Assembly: GCF_028641065.1 (NCBI RefSeq)
Contig: NW_026576860.1
Coordinates: 1 to 64,000 of the forward strand
Length of the DNA: 64,000 bases
DNA from: Leucoraja erinacea
Taxonomy: Eukaryota
Direction of reading: 5' to 3'
Shown: positions 1 through 13,010 of the stretch, piece by piece
How the letters are laid out: each line of letters opens with the position of its first letter
Position numbering within the stretch: position 1 is the first letter of the stretch
Notes under the pieces: generated by a model
What the model was told of the DNA's origin: nothing
What the model saw: only the letters and a program-made list of their open reading frames with translations
Databases searched by the model: none
Translations under genes and position numbers: made by a program

Positions 1-352
1 CGGCCACAGGAGCCAGGGTGAACCGCAGGAAGAGCGAAGCCATGCTCTTTGGCAACTGGCCCGACCGATCTTCCATCCCCTTCACCATCAAGCCAGACTT
101 CTTGAAGGTGCTGGGGATCTGGTTCGGGGGGGCTGAGGCGAGTAACAAGAATTGGCTGGAGCGGATAGCCAAGGTGGGGAGGAAGCTGGAGCTGTGGAGG
201 CAACGCTCCCTCTCCATAACGGGAAAACATTTGGTCATCAGGTGTGAGGTGCTCTCGGGGTTGCTGTACTTGGCACAAGTGTGGCCTGTCCCTCCCTCCT
301 ACGCCACGGGGATCACCCGGGCCGTCTTCCAGTTCATCTGGGGGTCGAGGAT
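1..352 (+). mobile_element. Tx1-clade LINE ORF2 fragment (post-RT region)
   Basis: ORF 18..410 reads LKVLGIWFG...NWLERIAKV...WRQRSLSITGK...FIWG, typical of L1/Tx1 ORF2 after the RT core; breaks into tandem repeats at ~350. Confidence 0.85.
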
Positions 353-504
353 CGGACGACTTCACCGCCCCCCTAGACCGCCCACCAGACCCTCACCTGC
401 CCACCGATGATGCCCCTGGACCCCCTCGCCTCGCCGCCCTCAACTCACCAACACTTGGCACCCCCCCAACTCACCTCACCATTCCTGCCCGAGTCCCTCG
501 CCCC

Positions 505-1060
505 ACCCTGGACCCCTGGACCCCCCCCCGACATCACCATCACCCCTGGACCCCCCCGACATACACCATCGCCTTCGCCCCCTGGACCATCACCATCGCC
601 CGACCATCACCATCACCATCACCCCCCTGGACCCGCCCCGCCATCACCATCACCATCACCCCCTGGACCCGCCCGACATCACCATCACCCCCTGGACCCG
701 CCCCCTGGACCCGCCCGACATCACCATCACCATCACCCCCTGGACCCGCCCGACATCACCATCACCATCACCCCCTGGACCCGCCCGACATCACCATCAC
801 CATCGCCCCCCTGGACCCGCCCGACATCACCATCACCATCTCCCCCTGGACCCGCCCGACATCACCATCGCCCCCTGGACTCGCCCGACATCACCATCAC
901 CATCGCCCCCTGGACCCGCCCGACATCATCACCATCTCCCCCTGGACCCGCCCGACATCACCATCACCATCACCATCACCATCACGCCCGACATCACCAT
1001 CGCCACACCATGCCATCACCATCACCATCCACCCACCGGGACCCGCACGACATCGCCCGA
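505..1060. repeat. C-rich minisatellite (CCCCTGGACCCGCCCGA + variable (CATCAC)n, ~30-36 bp unit)
   Basis: Directly visible repeated units. Confidence 0.9.
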
Positions 1061-1068
1061 CTAAACCG

Positions 1069-1325
1069 CCACTGGACCCGACCATCGGGCCCGGTGACCC
1101 TTGACCCGCGCCACTGGACACCACCATCGGGCCCGGTGACCCTTGACCCGCGCCACTGGACACCGACCATCGGGCCCGGTGACCCTTGACCCGCGCCACT
1201 GGACACCGACCATCGGGCCCGGTGACCCTTGACCCGCGCCACTGGACCCACCATCGGGCCCCGGTGACCCTTGACCCGTGCCATGGTCCCACCATCGGGC
1301 CCCGGTGACCCGTGACCCCGCGCCA
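1069..1325. repeat. 42-43 bp tandem repeat, ~6 copies
   Basis: CCACTGGA...CATCGGGCCCGGTGACCCTTGACCCGCG recurs at 1069, 1111, 1153, 1196, 1239. Confidence 0.92.
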
Positions 1326-1892
1326 CTCCACCGCCCGCCTCCAACAACCCACATTACAGCCCTCTCACACCCCCCACCCCCTGACCACCCCCCCCATACC
1401 CTCAACCACCCCCCCCCCCCCTGGCCACCCACCACCCCCCCCAACACCCCCCACCCCCCCCACCATACATCGCCCCATCCCCAGTCGACCGACTTGCCTT
1501 CCTCCGGCCCCAACCCGCATCCCTGCCGGGTGTTCACCATCCCCCCGACCTCCCCCTCTCCCCCACCGAACGGTCTGTCCATAGCAGAGGTCTTACGTTT
1601 GTCCCCCTCCGTTTGACATTTGACAAGTTGATGATCAAGAATCAATGCAGTACTTTTGCAGTGTACACAAGCTACATAATTTAAATTATGAATCACTCTC
1701 TTCAGTAGCACACAACCTATTGTTCATAAGTGATCGGAGCAGAATTAGGCCATTCGGCCCATCAAATCTACTCCGCCATTCAATCATGGCAGATCTATCT
1801 CTCCCAACCCCATGGATTAAAAGCACCATTGGAACCATTGACTACTGATGTGTAATAAGCTTCCATGGGAACAAAAACAATAAAAAATACAT

Positions 1893-2208
1893 AGGGTGGC
1901 CCGGTAGCAGCTGAAGAGTTGCTGCCTTACAGCGATTGTAGCGCCAGAGACCTGGATTCGGTCCTGACTACGGGTGCTGACTGTATGGAGTTTGTGTGTT
2001 CTCCCCGTGACCATGTGGGTTTTTTCCAAGGTCTTCAGTTTCCTCCCACACTCCAAAGGCGTACAGGTTTGTAGGTTAATTGGCTTTGGTAAAATTGTAA
2101 ATCGTCCCGACTATGTAGGATAGTGTTAGTGTAAGGGGTGATCACTGGTTGGTGTGGACTTGGTGGACCAAAGAGCCTGGTTCTGCACTGTATCTCTAAA
2201 CTAAAATA
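1893..2208 (+). mobile_element. tRNA-derived SINE (HE1/V-SINE type)
   Basis: tRNA-like head, core GGAGTTTG...TTCTCCCCGTGACC...TTCCTCCCACACTCCAAAG, and (CTAAA)n tail. Confidence 0.85.
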
Positions 2209-2857
2209 AAGTTTAAAGAAATGTACTCTGTATCTACCCTATACTGTAGTCAGAAGATTTATTTTTATTTAGATTTAGATTTTTAGATTTATTTTTCATT
2301 TCAGCAATGTTGTTGGTGTAGATAAGAAGATCATCAGCGTGTATAACTTAAGATATTACAGAGTGCTTTAGATTAAGAGTGCCCCAACAAAGTATATGTG
2401 ACAAACATGGCAAATTTAATTTATCATTGACATTTAGGGAAGTAAATTCCGCATCTAAATTAGTATTGGATTGGAGTCGCTGCCCTTTGCTGCCCTTGAA
2501 ATTAACAGGAATTACAGTGTAGAAAAATAATACTTAGCTAAAACATTGATGTGATTTCTTAATTAAATGGAGAAAACGCTAGATTGTCTATAGAATCTCA
2601 ACAGATTGATGAAACTTCCAAAAGTTTGTACTAAGTGTAAAAGTAGCCTTGAAGCCAGATGGTGCAACAAATCAAAGCTATTTTAATTTTCACCACAACT
2701 CAGCTGTGAGGAATACCAGTTCATGGTAACTTTTTAATTGATACTTGAATAACTGAACTGAAAACATCTTAACACTTTTTGAGTAAATTGTCAGTGGATT
2801 TAATTCAGTCAAAAACTGTTACAATTAAGGCAGATATTGGCAGATTAGAACGTGTGT

Positions 2858-2990
2858 CTGGGGTCATGGGGAGAAGGCAGGAGAATTGGGATGAGAGGGA
2901 AAAATAGATCTGCCATGATTGAATGGCAGAGTAGACTTGATGGGCCAAATGGCCCAATTCTGCTCCTATAACTTATGAACTTGTGAACAA
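2858..2990 (+). mobile_element. CR1 LINE 3' end fragment
   Basis: ATGGGGAGAAGGCAGGA...ATGGGCCAAATGGCC...TTCTGCTCCTAT followed by a short repeat tail. Confidence 0.7.
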
Positions 2991-3297
2991 TTATTTGTTG
3001 ACTGAATCAGGAACCAGCATGCATGTCTCCCTAAATCCCATGTTCTTTACTTATTAGATTTAATTGGTAATATTCCAAAACATAACAGGTTAAAGTGTTT
3101 GAATTCATCTCAAAATGATTTTTTTCAGTTACATATTAATATTCAGATGAGCACCTTAGTATAAACAGTCCTAAAAATGATTTTCTTATCCTGAATTAAT
3201 TTGGCTTTTGCCCAAAGAACAGTGTTCAATTATCAAAATACTTTTCGCAGACAAATTTTTTAGTGTAAGTTGATGTTGGTTTTCTGATTACAAAATT

Positions 3298-4003
3298 GGT
3301 TTGTCATCATAATTTTTATTTAGCTCTCGTAATATAAAATATCAATTAAGTTTGGGGCACAAGGTGGACTATATATTTTTGTGTCATATATATATATTTT
3401 GTGTCATGCTGTATCCAACTGTTAAACTGTGTTGTACTTCATATTGAGGTTGTGCAAATCACTGCAGGAGTAAATGTTGCAGGTAGTAGAAAATGTAATA
3501 TTTTAATAGTCTTTTATCGGTGGAAGTTTGAGCCAGGGGAGGGAGCGTATTCAAGCATTTTTTTTAAGTCGTCGCTCATAATGAGGTTTACAGCAATTGA
3601 TCCACAGGGGAAATGCATGATGGAATCATCAATTATTCCAGGTAAATTTAGAAGGATGAGAGGGTATCTTTTAGAAACATATAAAATTCTTAAGGAATTG
3701 GTGCAGGAAAATTGTTCCCCATGTTGGGGGAGTCCAGAACCAGGGGTCACAGTTTAAGAATAAGTGGTAGGCCATTTAGCACTGAGATGAGGAACAACTT
3801 TTTCAGCCAGAGTTGTGAATCAGTGAAATTCTCTGCCACAAAAGGCAGCGGAGGTCAATTCACTGGATGTTTTCAAGAGGGAGTTAGATTTAGCTCTTAG
3901 GGCTAACAGAATCAAAGGATATGGGGGAAAAGCAGGAACGAAGTACTGATTTTGGATGATCAGCCATGATCATATTGAGTGCTGGTCCGTAGGTCCGAAT
4001 GGC
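3298..4003 (+). repeat. Segment directly duplicated at 8316-9024
   Basis: Near-identical sequence; ORFs 3514..3750 and 8535..8771 are almost identical. Confidence 0.95.
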
Positions 4004-4040
4004 ATACTCCTGCACCTATTTTCTATGTTTCTATGTTTCT
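3645..4040 (+). mobile_element. CR1 LINE 3' fragment
   Basis: RRMRGYLLETYKILK...FPMLGESRTRGHSLRI, ending in (TTTCTATG)n. Confidence 0.85.
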
Positions 4041-5459
4041 AAATAGTTTGAGGACATTGCTACCATTCATGCTTCTCTCCAATTTCAGTTGCCCATATTT
4101 TTCTCACCTGCTTTTTCCTGTCATTTTGCAACCATTCTACAATTAGGCAGCATCTGTCATTTTCAAAGATCCCCAAAGCAAATTTAATTAGAGATAGAGG
4201 TAACTCAAGTGCAAACTGCCTTCATTGATGGAAATGCACTACAATTTAAAAAAAATCACTTTGTATATTGTTCTTCAACTTATTTTGACTGTCTCCTTGT
4301 GGCAACTTATTAAAGAATTTGTTAACGTATATAACTATTAAATTCCCCATCAATATTAAAGATGCAGATACGATAATTGTGCTTAGCTGAATGTATTTGT
4401 ACATTTATAACTATATTTGTGATGAACTTATTACTAGCACAATAGAAGTGTATAAATGTTTTTAAAAGAGACAGTGAGTAAATTTGTTTTAATATATATC
4501 CCTTAAAAGGCAATATTTCATTTTATACGGCATGCAGTTATAGATACATGGGAAGCCTAATGATTTTATACAAAGTTATTTTTTCTTGATATTGTGTTTA
4601 TCCTCGGGGAAAATCTTGTCTTGTTGCTGGTAAGTGTTAATCATTTCTGGAGAAGATACAGAAATCCTCGCTCAGTGTCTGAATAAATCAAGCCTTGTCC
4701 TGCTTTAAGAAAGCCAGTTAGCATATTTTATTTTAAAATAATAATGTTTTTTTCAATGATAACATGCAGTGCTTAAAGCATTGAGTTGGAGAAATTTGAT
4801 GAAAAATGATCACTTCTAAATCGTTCATTCAGCTCTGAAAATTCAGCCTGGCACACATTGTGTGAGCATCACTAATGCATTTGATGCCATTTCCTCTTGC
4901 TGCAATGCAAGCAAAATTAGTGCATCTCATCAGAGGACCGAGCAACGTTGGACACGACAGGAGGATGCCATATTTAAGTTGTAGAGTGGCCTGGTGCTCT
5001 TCTGAGGAATTTCCCATTATTACTTTATGCCCTTTGTGTCCACGATCATCTCCTAATAGAAAAGGCCCACAGCAAACAAACCATCTTACTAATATGGATA
5101 AACTGATAGACCTGATGTGGTGAGTTATCTTCTCTTTTATTAACTTCTTTCACGTTAATGTACCTGAACACTGTTCAATTCTGAGGAGCAATTTGATGTC
5201 CGTGATTCTTTAATGGCCTGTACAAGGGAAGACATCACTCAATCCTGGGGATCCAAAGATCAAGCTGTAAATTCAGTGCTTGGAATAATTTTCTGAGTGA
5301 AGGCTTCAATTAAATCTGTGACGGCTGTCAGCAATCAAAGCCTCCTTTTTGTCTGTACTGTTTGCAGCTTATCATAGTTCCGTTTAATGTAATTGCCAGA
5401 CTATGATGCCTGATTCTAAATTCTGAGTCATGCTATTCCATTCTTGACTTCTCCCTATA

Positions 5460-5750
5460 AATTATCTGAATAAGCACTGAAAGTTAGTGTTATTAGGCAA
5501 CTGAACCATCCTATCAACAACTCGACAGCGGTCCCAAGCTCCCATCTATTCATTGGAGATCCGTGGACTATCTTTAATCAGACCTTACTGGACTTTATCT
5601 TGCACTAAATAGTATTCCCTTGATCATGTTGCTGTACACTGTGGATGGCTCGATTGTAATCATGTGTGGTCTTTCCGCTCACTAGGGAGCATGCAACTAA
5701 AGCTTTTCACTGTACCTCAGAACATGTGACAATAAACTAAACTAACTAAA
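5460..5750 (+). mobile_element. LINE 3' tail fragment (Rex1/L2-like)
   Basis: CAACTGAACCATCCT...AAGCTTTTCACTGTACCTC...GTGACAATAAACTAAACTAA; related sequence on the minus strand at 53340-53850. Confidence 0.6.
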
Positions 5751-5777
5751 TAAAAACTCCCATCTGAAGTTATTTGT

Positions 5778-5895
5778 CCACAGAAGGGCCCTGACCTGAA
5801 ACGTCACCTCTCCATGTTCTCCAGAGATGCTGCCTGACCTGTTGAGTTACTCCAGCACTTTGTACATGTTTTCTGTAAACCAGTATCTGAAGTCC
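5778..5895 (+). mobile_element. Penelope-like element terminal fragment (degenerate hammerhead motif)
   Basis: GAAGGG...CCTGAAACGTCACC...TCTCCAGAGATGCTGCCTGACC, same family as 19501. Confidence 0.65.
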
Positions 5896-6159
5896 ATTTT
5901 TTCTACTGAAACTCACATCCTTGTTTCAAATCTCTCCATAATCCAACCTGGATTTTTTACATTTTCGCATTATCAAATTACTAATCATTTTCTAAAGTTT
6001 ATGGCCTTTTAATTTATAAATTTAATTCAATTCTGTAAGATCATTGCACAGCCCATAAAGATGGCATTACCGCCTACCACATGTACAAAATCTTGTTTTC
6101 AGCAAAGTAAAACTAACCCAGTGAAATCCTCTGTAAAGTGGTTTGAATGGCAATTCATT

Positions 6160-6462
6160 TATCTTAGTGATATAGCATGGAAACAGGCCCATTGGCCCAC
6201 TGAGTCCACACTGCTTATTGATCACTCATTCTCACTAGTTCTATGTTCTCCCACTTTCTCATCCGCTCCCGACACATTAGGGGCAATTTACAGATGCCAA
6301 TCAATCTACAAACCTGCGCAACTTTAGGATGCGGGAGGAAACCGAAGCACCCGGAGAAAACCCATCCAGTCACATGGAGAACATGCAAACTCCACACAGA
6401 CAGCAACTGGGGTCTGGATAAAATCAAGGTTTCTAGTGCTGTGAGGCAGCAGCTTAACAGCT
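6160..6462 (-). mobile_element. HE1-type SINE
   Basis: Reverse complement of the 1893-2208 family (GGGAGGAAACCG...GAGAAAACCCA...GCAAACTCCACACAGACAGC). Confidence 0.8.
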
Positions 6463-6599
6463 ACATCATTATATGGATATGGTAAGCAATGATATTGAGA
6501 AAAAATATTAATGCATTTTTAATTCATTTGGTGGCACTGAGACACTGTGAATTGTATTAACCTTTTTTTAAACTGATGGTTTAGCCTCTATGTTGCTTC

Positions 6600-7050
6600 A
6601 CAGAGCCACCAAGTTACACATCATTGAAACAGGTCCTTTTCAGGCCAACCTTCCCATGCCAACCAGGATGCTCCATCTACATTAGTCCCATCTGGCTGCA
6701 TTTGGCACATGTCCTTGTCTAAACCGTACCTATCCACATACATGTCCAAATATATTTTTTTAAAGTTGTTATAATACCTGCCTCAACTACCTCCTCTGGC
6801 AGCTTGTTCCATTTACCCATCAACCTCTGAAAAAGTTGGCACTCAGATTCCTATTAAATCTTTCCCTTCGCACCTTAAACCTATGTCCCCGTGTTCTTGA
6901 ACCCCACTATTCTGGGTAAAAGACACAATGCATCTACTCTATGCCGTTATAAAATCACCCCTCATCCTCCTGCACTCTAAGGAATAAAGTGCCAGCTTGC
7001 CCAGCCTCTCCCTATAGCTCAGGACCTCAAGTCCTGATGACATCCTCATT
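6600..7050 (-). mobile_element. CR1 LINE fragment
   Basis: CTCAACTACCTCCTCTGGCAGC...TCACCCCTCATCCTCCTGCACTC, the reverse of the CR1 ORF2 3' end. Confidence 0.75.
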
Positions 7051-7282
7051 CCGACCAAAATCTGCACACAAGCTTTATCGAACTATTATTTATATATTCT
7101 CGCAAATCATAGAATTCCTTTATTATCCAGATAACTTTGTCCAGCATTGGTTGAAGTATCATGTCCTTCCTGCCTGTTTTGTTCACAGATCAACCCAAAG
7201 ACGTTCTTTGTGACACCTGGGCTTTAATCTTGTCAGTCAAGATCTAAAAATAGCAAAATGTTACAGTTCTATGATGTGAAAT

Positions 7283-7590
7283 GTGGCCACATTTAGAGTA
7301 TTGTGTTCAGTTTTGGTCACCATGTTATTGGAAAGATGTTGTCAAGCTTGAATGGGTTCTGAGAAGATTTACCAGAACTCGAGGGACTGAACTGTCGGGA
7401 GAGATTGAGCAGGCTAAGACTTTGTTCCTTGGAGTGCAGGAGGATGAGGGGTGATATTATAGAGGTATAAAACCACGAGAGGAATGGATTAGGTAAACAC
7501 AATCTTTTTCCCAGAGTAGGGGAATTGAAATCCAGAGATTTAATTAGAAACTGAGGGGTAACTTAGTTGACGCTGTATGACTCTATGACT
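7283..7590 (+). mobile_element. CR1 LINE fragment
   Basis: GGCCACATTTAGAGTATTGTGTTCAGTTTTGGTCACC (RPHLEYCVQFWSP-type region). Confidence 0.8.
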
Positions 7591-7984
7591 AAGATACAAG
7601 GTCCCTGACAGCACCCTTTTTACTTCCTCATTCGGCATCATTCCCCCCCCCCCCCCCCCCCCCCCCCGACAATCAGTCTGAGAAAGGGTGAGACCTGAAA
7701 CGTCACCTATCCATGTTGTCCAGGGATGCTGCCTGACCTGCTGAGTTTCTCAAGCACTTGGAATCCTTCAGCGTATGATGGCTTTTATCAGTTTTTAGTT
7801 AGTCATTGCTTGAAGTTAATTTCACAATGACAACAGCCTAACGCGTGACAGTCCCAATTCTGAAATGTGTAGCTGTCACCATTGCACAGTGGATATACGT
7901 TTTTAGTCATGACTAATTTTGTAACCTGCAAATAAACTTACAATAAGTTACTATATCATTAAGGCATTTCTCGATGTCAAAATT

Positions 7985-10075
7985 AAATGCTATACTATTA
8001 TTGGGCCGTACATATTAAGAATATAATTTATTGGTTGGACAGTTCTGCTCAACAGTTGGAATGGATAAGAATGGAGAAAGAGGATTGCGCCCCATACGAT
8101 CTAGGAGTGATAATCTTGTCCCCAATAAAGCTGAATAATATGTTATATAAGAAGAATCCAATTATACAAAATACAATATGAATCTGGAAACAAATAAACT
8201 TAACTTTAATATTAAGAAATTTATCAGTGCTAACACCAATAGTGAATAACTCAGTATTTAAACGATCTGGTATGGATAAAACATATAAACAATGGTAAAA
8301 AGTGGGAATTAAAAAGGTTTGTCACCATAATTTTTATTTAGCTCTCGTAATATAAAATATCAATTAAGTTTAGGGGCACAAGGAGGACTATATATTTTTG
8401 TGTCATATATATATATATTTTGTGTCATACTGTATCCATTTGTTGTACTGTGTTGTACTTCATATTGAGGTTGTGCAAATCACTGCAGGAGTAAATGTTG
8501 CAGGTAGTAGAAAATGTAATATTTTAATAGTCTTTTATCGGTGGAAGTTTGAGCCAGGGGAGGGAGCGTATTCAAGCATTTTTTTTAAGTCGTAGCTCAT
8601 AATGACGTCTACAGCAATTGATCCACAGGGGAAATGCATGATGGAATCATCAATTATTCCAGGTAAATTTAGAAGGATGAGAGGGTATCTTTTAGAAACA
8701 TATAAAATTCTTAAGGAATTGGTGCAGGAAAATTGTTCCCCATGTTGGGGGAGTCCAGAACCAGGGGTCACAGTTTAAGAATAAGGGGTAGGCAATTTAG
8801 CACTGAGATGAGGAACAACTTTTTCAGCCAGAGTTGTGAATCAGTGGAATTCTCTGCCACAGAAGGCAGCGGAGGTCAATTCACTGGATGTTTTCAAGAG
8901 GGAGTTAGATTTAGCTCTTAGGGCTAACAGAATCAAAGGATATGGGGGAAAAGCAGGAACGGAGTACTGATTTTGGATGATCAGCCATGATCATATTGAG
9001 TGCTGGTTCGTAGGTCCGAATGGCCTGCAAATAAACTTACAATAAGTTACTATATCATTAAGGCATTTCTCGATGTCAAAATTAAATGCTATACTATTAT
9101 TGGGCAGTACATATTAAGAATATAATTTATTGGTTGGACAGTTCTGCTCAACAGTTGGAATGGATAAGAATGGAGAAAGAGGATTGCGCCCCTTATACGA
9201 TCTAGGAGTGATAATCTTGTCCCCAATAAAGCTGAATAATATGTTATATAAGAAGAATCCAATTATACAAAATACAATATGAATCTGGAAGCAAATAAAC
9301 TTAACTTTAAAATTAAGAAAATTATCAGTGCTAACACCAATAGTGAATAACCCAGTATTTAAACGATCTGGTATGGATAAAACATATGAACAATGGGAAA
9401 AAGTGGGAATTAAAAAAGGTAGGTGATTTATATGAATTGGGAAATTTTATTTCATTTCAACAACTAAAATTAAAATTTAAATTGAATAACAATCAATATT
9501 TTAAATACCTACAGGTATGTGACTTTATGAAGAAATATATTCCAAGATTCCAAAGTATAATTTTAGACCCACTGGAAGAAGTAATGAATATCAATGCGGA
9601 GTCAAAAAAAATAGTATCATACTTGTATAACAGTATTTTAAACATAGAATTGCCATCAACAGAGGCAATTAGAGAAGACTGGGAAAAATAATTAATGATA
9701 AAAATCTCAAAAGAATCATGGGAAAATATTTGATACATATACATAAATGTTCGATCAACGCTAGACATAATTTAATTCAATTTAAAATATTACCTAGATT
9801 ATATTATTCCAAAACTAGGTTGAATAAATTTTATCCAAATATTTCTCCCATTTGTGATAATTGTCTTTCTCAAAATGCTAATATTACGCACTCATTTGTC
9901 TCTTGTACAAAACTTTATACATTTTGGTGTGATATATTTGATATATTCTCAAAGCTATTTAAGACAAAAATGGAACTTAGCACTGAAATTATTATATTTG
10001 GAGTAAGTGGAGACGGGAACAAATTAAATACACACCACAGCTCATTGTTCAATTATGGGTTAATAACAGCAAAAC
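7985..10075 (+). mobile_element. L1-clade LINE ORF2 3' part (zf-RVT region), first ~330 bp duplicated around the 8316-9024 insert
   Basis: LYYYWA..IK; HKCSINARHNLIQFKIL.RLY; C-x2-C...H-x4-C zinc motif; stops and frameshifts. 7925-8318 recurs at 9024-9420. Confidence 0.88.
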
Positions 10076-10082
10076 AACGTAT

Positions 10083-10165
10083 ACAGGTGCACAACCTTTT
10101 ATCCAAATGCCTTGGGACCAGACACTTCTCGGATTTTGGGATTTTTCGGTTTTCCGAACTGAAGG
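10083..10165 (+). mobile_element. Probable Tc1/pogo-type DNA transposon terminus
   Basis: L1 ends abruptly at TA|CAGGTGCACAACCTTTTATCC; the partner TIR was not found. Confidence 0.4.
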
Positions 10166-10350
10166 TTTTTAGCGTAGATTTTAACACATGGTTCAGTGGT
10201 GGAGTGCTCGGCTGGTGGCCGCAAGGTTGCGTGTTTGCGCCTCGATCCCGGTAGTTACCCGGTCAGGGCCGGCCTTTAGCCGATAGGACCTATTTCTCCC
10301 AATTGGGCCCCTAAGGGGGCCCCGCGCTAAAGTAATGAAATCAGTTGGAG

Positions 10351-12679
10351 CAAAGATCTTATAGTGTGCAAGATGGTCCACTCCTGCGAAATACAATGAC
10401 CTGACGCGAAGTCCGCACCAAAGATCTTATAGCAGATCAAGGTGGGTTACTCTCACCCATTTTAGCAACCAGCCCCCGCCATCTTGTTTCGCCATCTTGC
10501 TCCACCATTTTGTTCCAGCCAAATATTTTTTTTCCCACAGCGGGGACAGGGAGTGTGGGGCCCGGGGAGAGGGAGTGTGTGGGGGGCCGGGGAGAGGGAG
10601 GGAGTGTGGGAGGGAGTGTGGGGCCTGGGTAGAGGGTGTGTGGGGGCCCGGGAGAGGGGAGAGGGGGAGGGTGTGTGGGGCCCGGGGAGAGTGGGTGTGT
10701 GTGGGGCCCGGGGAGAGGGAGTGTGGGGCCCGGGGAGAGGGAGTGTGGGGCCCGGGGAGTAGAGGTGAGTGTGGGGCCTGGGGAGAGGGGGTGTGTGTGG
10801 GGCCCGGGGAGAGGGGGGTGTGGGGCCCGGGTAGAGGGGGTGTGCGGCCCTGGGAGAGGGGGTGTGGGGCCCGGGGAGAGGGGTGTGTGTGGGGCCCGGG
10901 GAGAGGGGGGTGTGTGGGGCGGGGGGGGAGAGGGGGGTGTGGGGCCGGGGTCGGAGGGGGTGGGTGTGGGGGGAGAGGGGGGTGGGGAGTGTGGTGGGGC
11001 CCCGGGGAGAGGGGGTGTGTGGGGCCGGGGGGAGAGGGAGGGGGGTGTGTGGGCCCCGGGGGGGAGGGGGGTGTGGGGCCCGGGGAGAGAGGGGGTGTGG
11101 GGCCCGGGGGAGGGGGGGTGTGGGGCCCCGGGGGGTAGGGAGGGGTGTGTGTGGGGCCCGGGGGAGGGGGGTGTGGGGGGGGGGGAGGGGGGGTGTGGGG
11201 GACCCCCGGGGGGTGAGGGGGTGTGGGTGTGGGGCCCGGGGAGAGGGGGTGGGGGGTAGGGCCCGGGGAGGAGGGGGTGTGGGGGGTGTGGGGCCGGGGG
11301 AGAGGGGGTGTGGGGCCCGGGGGAGGGGGGGGTGGGGGGGGGGGGGGAGAGGGGGTGTGGGTGGGGCCGGGGGAAGGGGTGAGTGTGGGGCCCGGGGAGA
11401 GGGGGTGTGTGTGGGGCCCGGGGAGAGGGAGGTGGGGCCCGGGGAGGAGTGTGGGGGCCCGGGGTAGAGGGAGTGTGGGGGGGGGAGAGGGCCGGGGAGA
11501 GGTGTGTGGGGCCCGGGGAGAGGGGGTGTGGGGGGGCCCGGGGAGAGGGGGTACGTGTGGGGCCGGGGAGAGGGATTGTGGTTGTGGGGCCCGGAGGGGG
11601 TAGTGTGGGGCCCGGGGAGTGGGGGGGGTGTGTGGGGCCCGGTGGGAGGGGGTGTGGGGCCGGGGAGAGGGGGGTGTGGGGCCCGGGGGGGGAGGGGGGT
11701 GTGTGTGGGGGGGGGGGGGAGAGGGGGTGTGGGGCCCGGGGAGAGGGGGGTGTGGGGGGGGGAGAGGGGGTGTGTGTGGGGGCCCGGGGAGTGGGGGGTG
11801 TGTGGGGCCCGGGGGAGGGGGGTGGTGGGCCCGGGGAGGGAGGGGGGGGTGTGGGGCCCCGGGGAGAGGGGGTGTGGGGCCAGGGGGAGGAGTGGGTGGG
11901 GGGGTGTGTGGGCCCCGGGGAGAGGGGGGTGTGTGGGGGGGGGAGAGGGATGTTGTGGGGCCGGGGGAGAGGGGGGTGTGTGGGGCCCGGGGAGAGGGAG
12001 TGTGTGGCCCGGGGAGAGGGGGGGTGGGGCCCGGGGAGCGGGAGTGTGGGGGCCGGGGAGGGGGGGTGTGTGTGGGGGCCGGGGAGAGAGGGGGTGTGTG
12101 TGGGACCCGGGGAGGGGGGGGGGTGGGGGCCGGGGGGAGGGGGTGTGTGGGGCCCGGGGGAGAGGGTGTGTGTGGGGCCGGGGAGAGGGGGTGTGGGTGG
12201 GGCCCAGGGAAAGGGGGGGGTGTGTGGGGGCCGGGGGAGGGGGTGTGTGTGGGGCCCGGGGAGTGGGGGGTGCGGGGCCGGGGGGAGGGGGGTGTGTGGG
12301 GCCCGGGGGAGAAGGGGTGTGGGGCCCGGGGAGATGGAGTGTGTGTGTCCCGGGGGAGAGGGGGTGTGTGGGGCCCGGGGAGGAGGAGGTTGTGTGTGTG
12401 GGGCCCGGGGAGAGGGGGTGTGGGGCCCGGGGAGAGGGAGTGTGGGACCCGGGGAGAGGGGGTGCAGGGCAGCGGGGAAAGGGGCATAGAAGGGGGGGGG
12501 GAGATATTGTAGTGTGGGGCAGGCGAGGGAGAGTGTCGGGGGGGCGGGGGGGGGGGTGTTATAAGTCCTAGTGTGTGTGAAGTTGTGGGGAGGTTTACAA
12601 TGTTTCTTATTTAATGTCCCTTGTCTAGTCTGAAATAAAGTTCATCATTGGATCAAAAGAAATATAATTGTGTGTGTTA
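10351..12679 (+). mobile_element. Left part of an unclassified TIR element (terminus CAAAGATCTTATAG) carrying a G-rich minisatellite
   Basis: CAAAGATCTTATAG at 10351 and again at ~10419; reverse complement at 41510-41523; 12470-12679 is homologous to 40640-40850. Confidence 0.65.
10540..12480. repeat. ~1.9-kb G-rich minisatellite (GTGTGGGGCCCGGGGAGAGGG, ~20-25 bp unit)
   Basis: Visible tandem array with extreme G skew; source of the spurious Pro/Gly ORFs. Confidence 0.95.
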
Positions 12680-12911
12680 TCTATATTACTAAAACTCAGT
12701 TCTTGACCGCTTTTCCCGATCTGTGCTGCGATTTCCGAGAGAACGCCGCCACCTACGGCCGTCATTTTTGGCCACCTCCCTCAGAGCCCCCCTCTGCCGC
12801 ATGTGTGCCGAGGATGTTTCCCCTCGATGAAATATGACCAAGATATTAATGTTTTTACATCATTCCCCATTCTCACTGCTGCCCCCACTGGCGGCAGGGG
12901 ACGGGAGGGGC

Positions 12912-13010
12912 TATAAAACCCGGGAGCGTCCCGCTTCAACTCACTTTCTTGCCGGCCACAAAGTGAAAGGGTCACGGCTCTCTGAGCTGCTGCTCTGCTC
13001 CCAGGTGAGT
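12912..13010 (+). promoter_or_regulatory. Putative Helitron Pol II promoter: TATA box, Inr and first splice donor
   Basis: TATAAAA at 12912, TCACTT at 12941 (A 31 nt after the first T of TATA), CAG|GTGAGT at 13004/13005; conserved in copies 2 and 3. Confidence 0.5.

Noticed and set aside
244-1711. His/Pro-rich ORFs up to 286 aa
   Set aside because: Translations of tandem repeats that are open in several frames on both strands.
1893-1970. tRNA gene (also ~45783)
   Set aside because: tRNA-derived SINE heads continuing into SINE body and tail.
10427-12571. 686-aa Pro-rich and overlapping Gly-rich ORFs (collagen/extensin-like)
   Set aside because: A G-rich minisatellite lacking stop codons; no Gly-X-Y register or gene structure.
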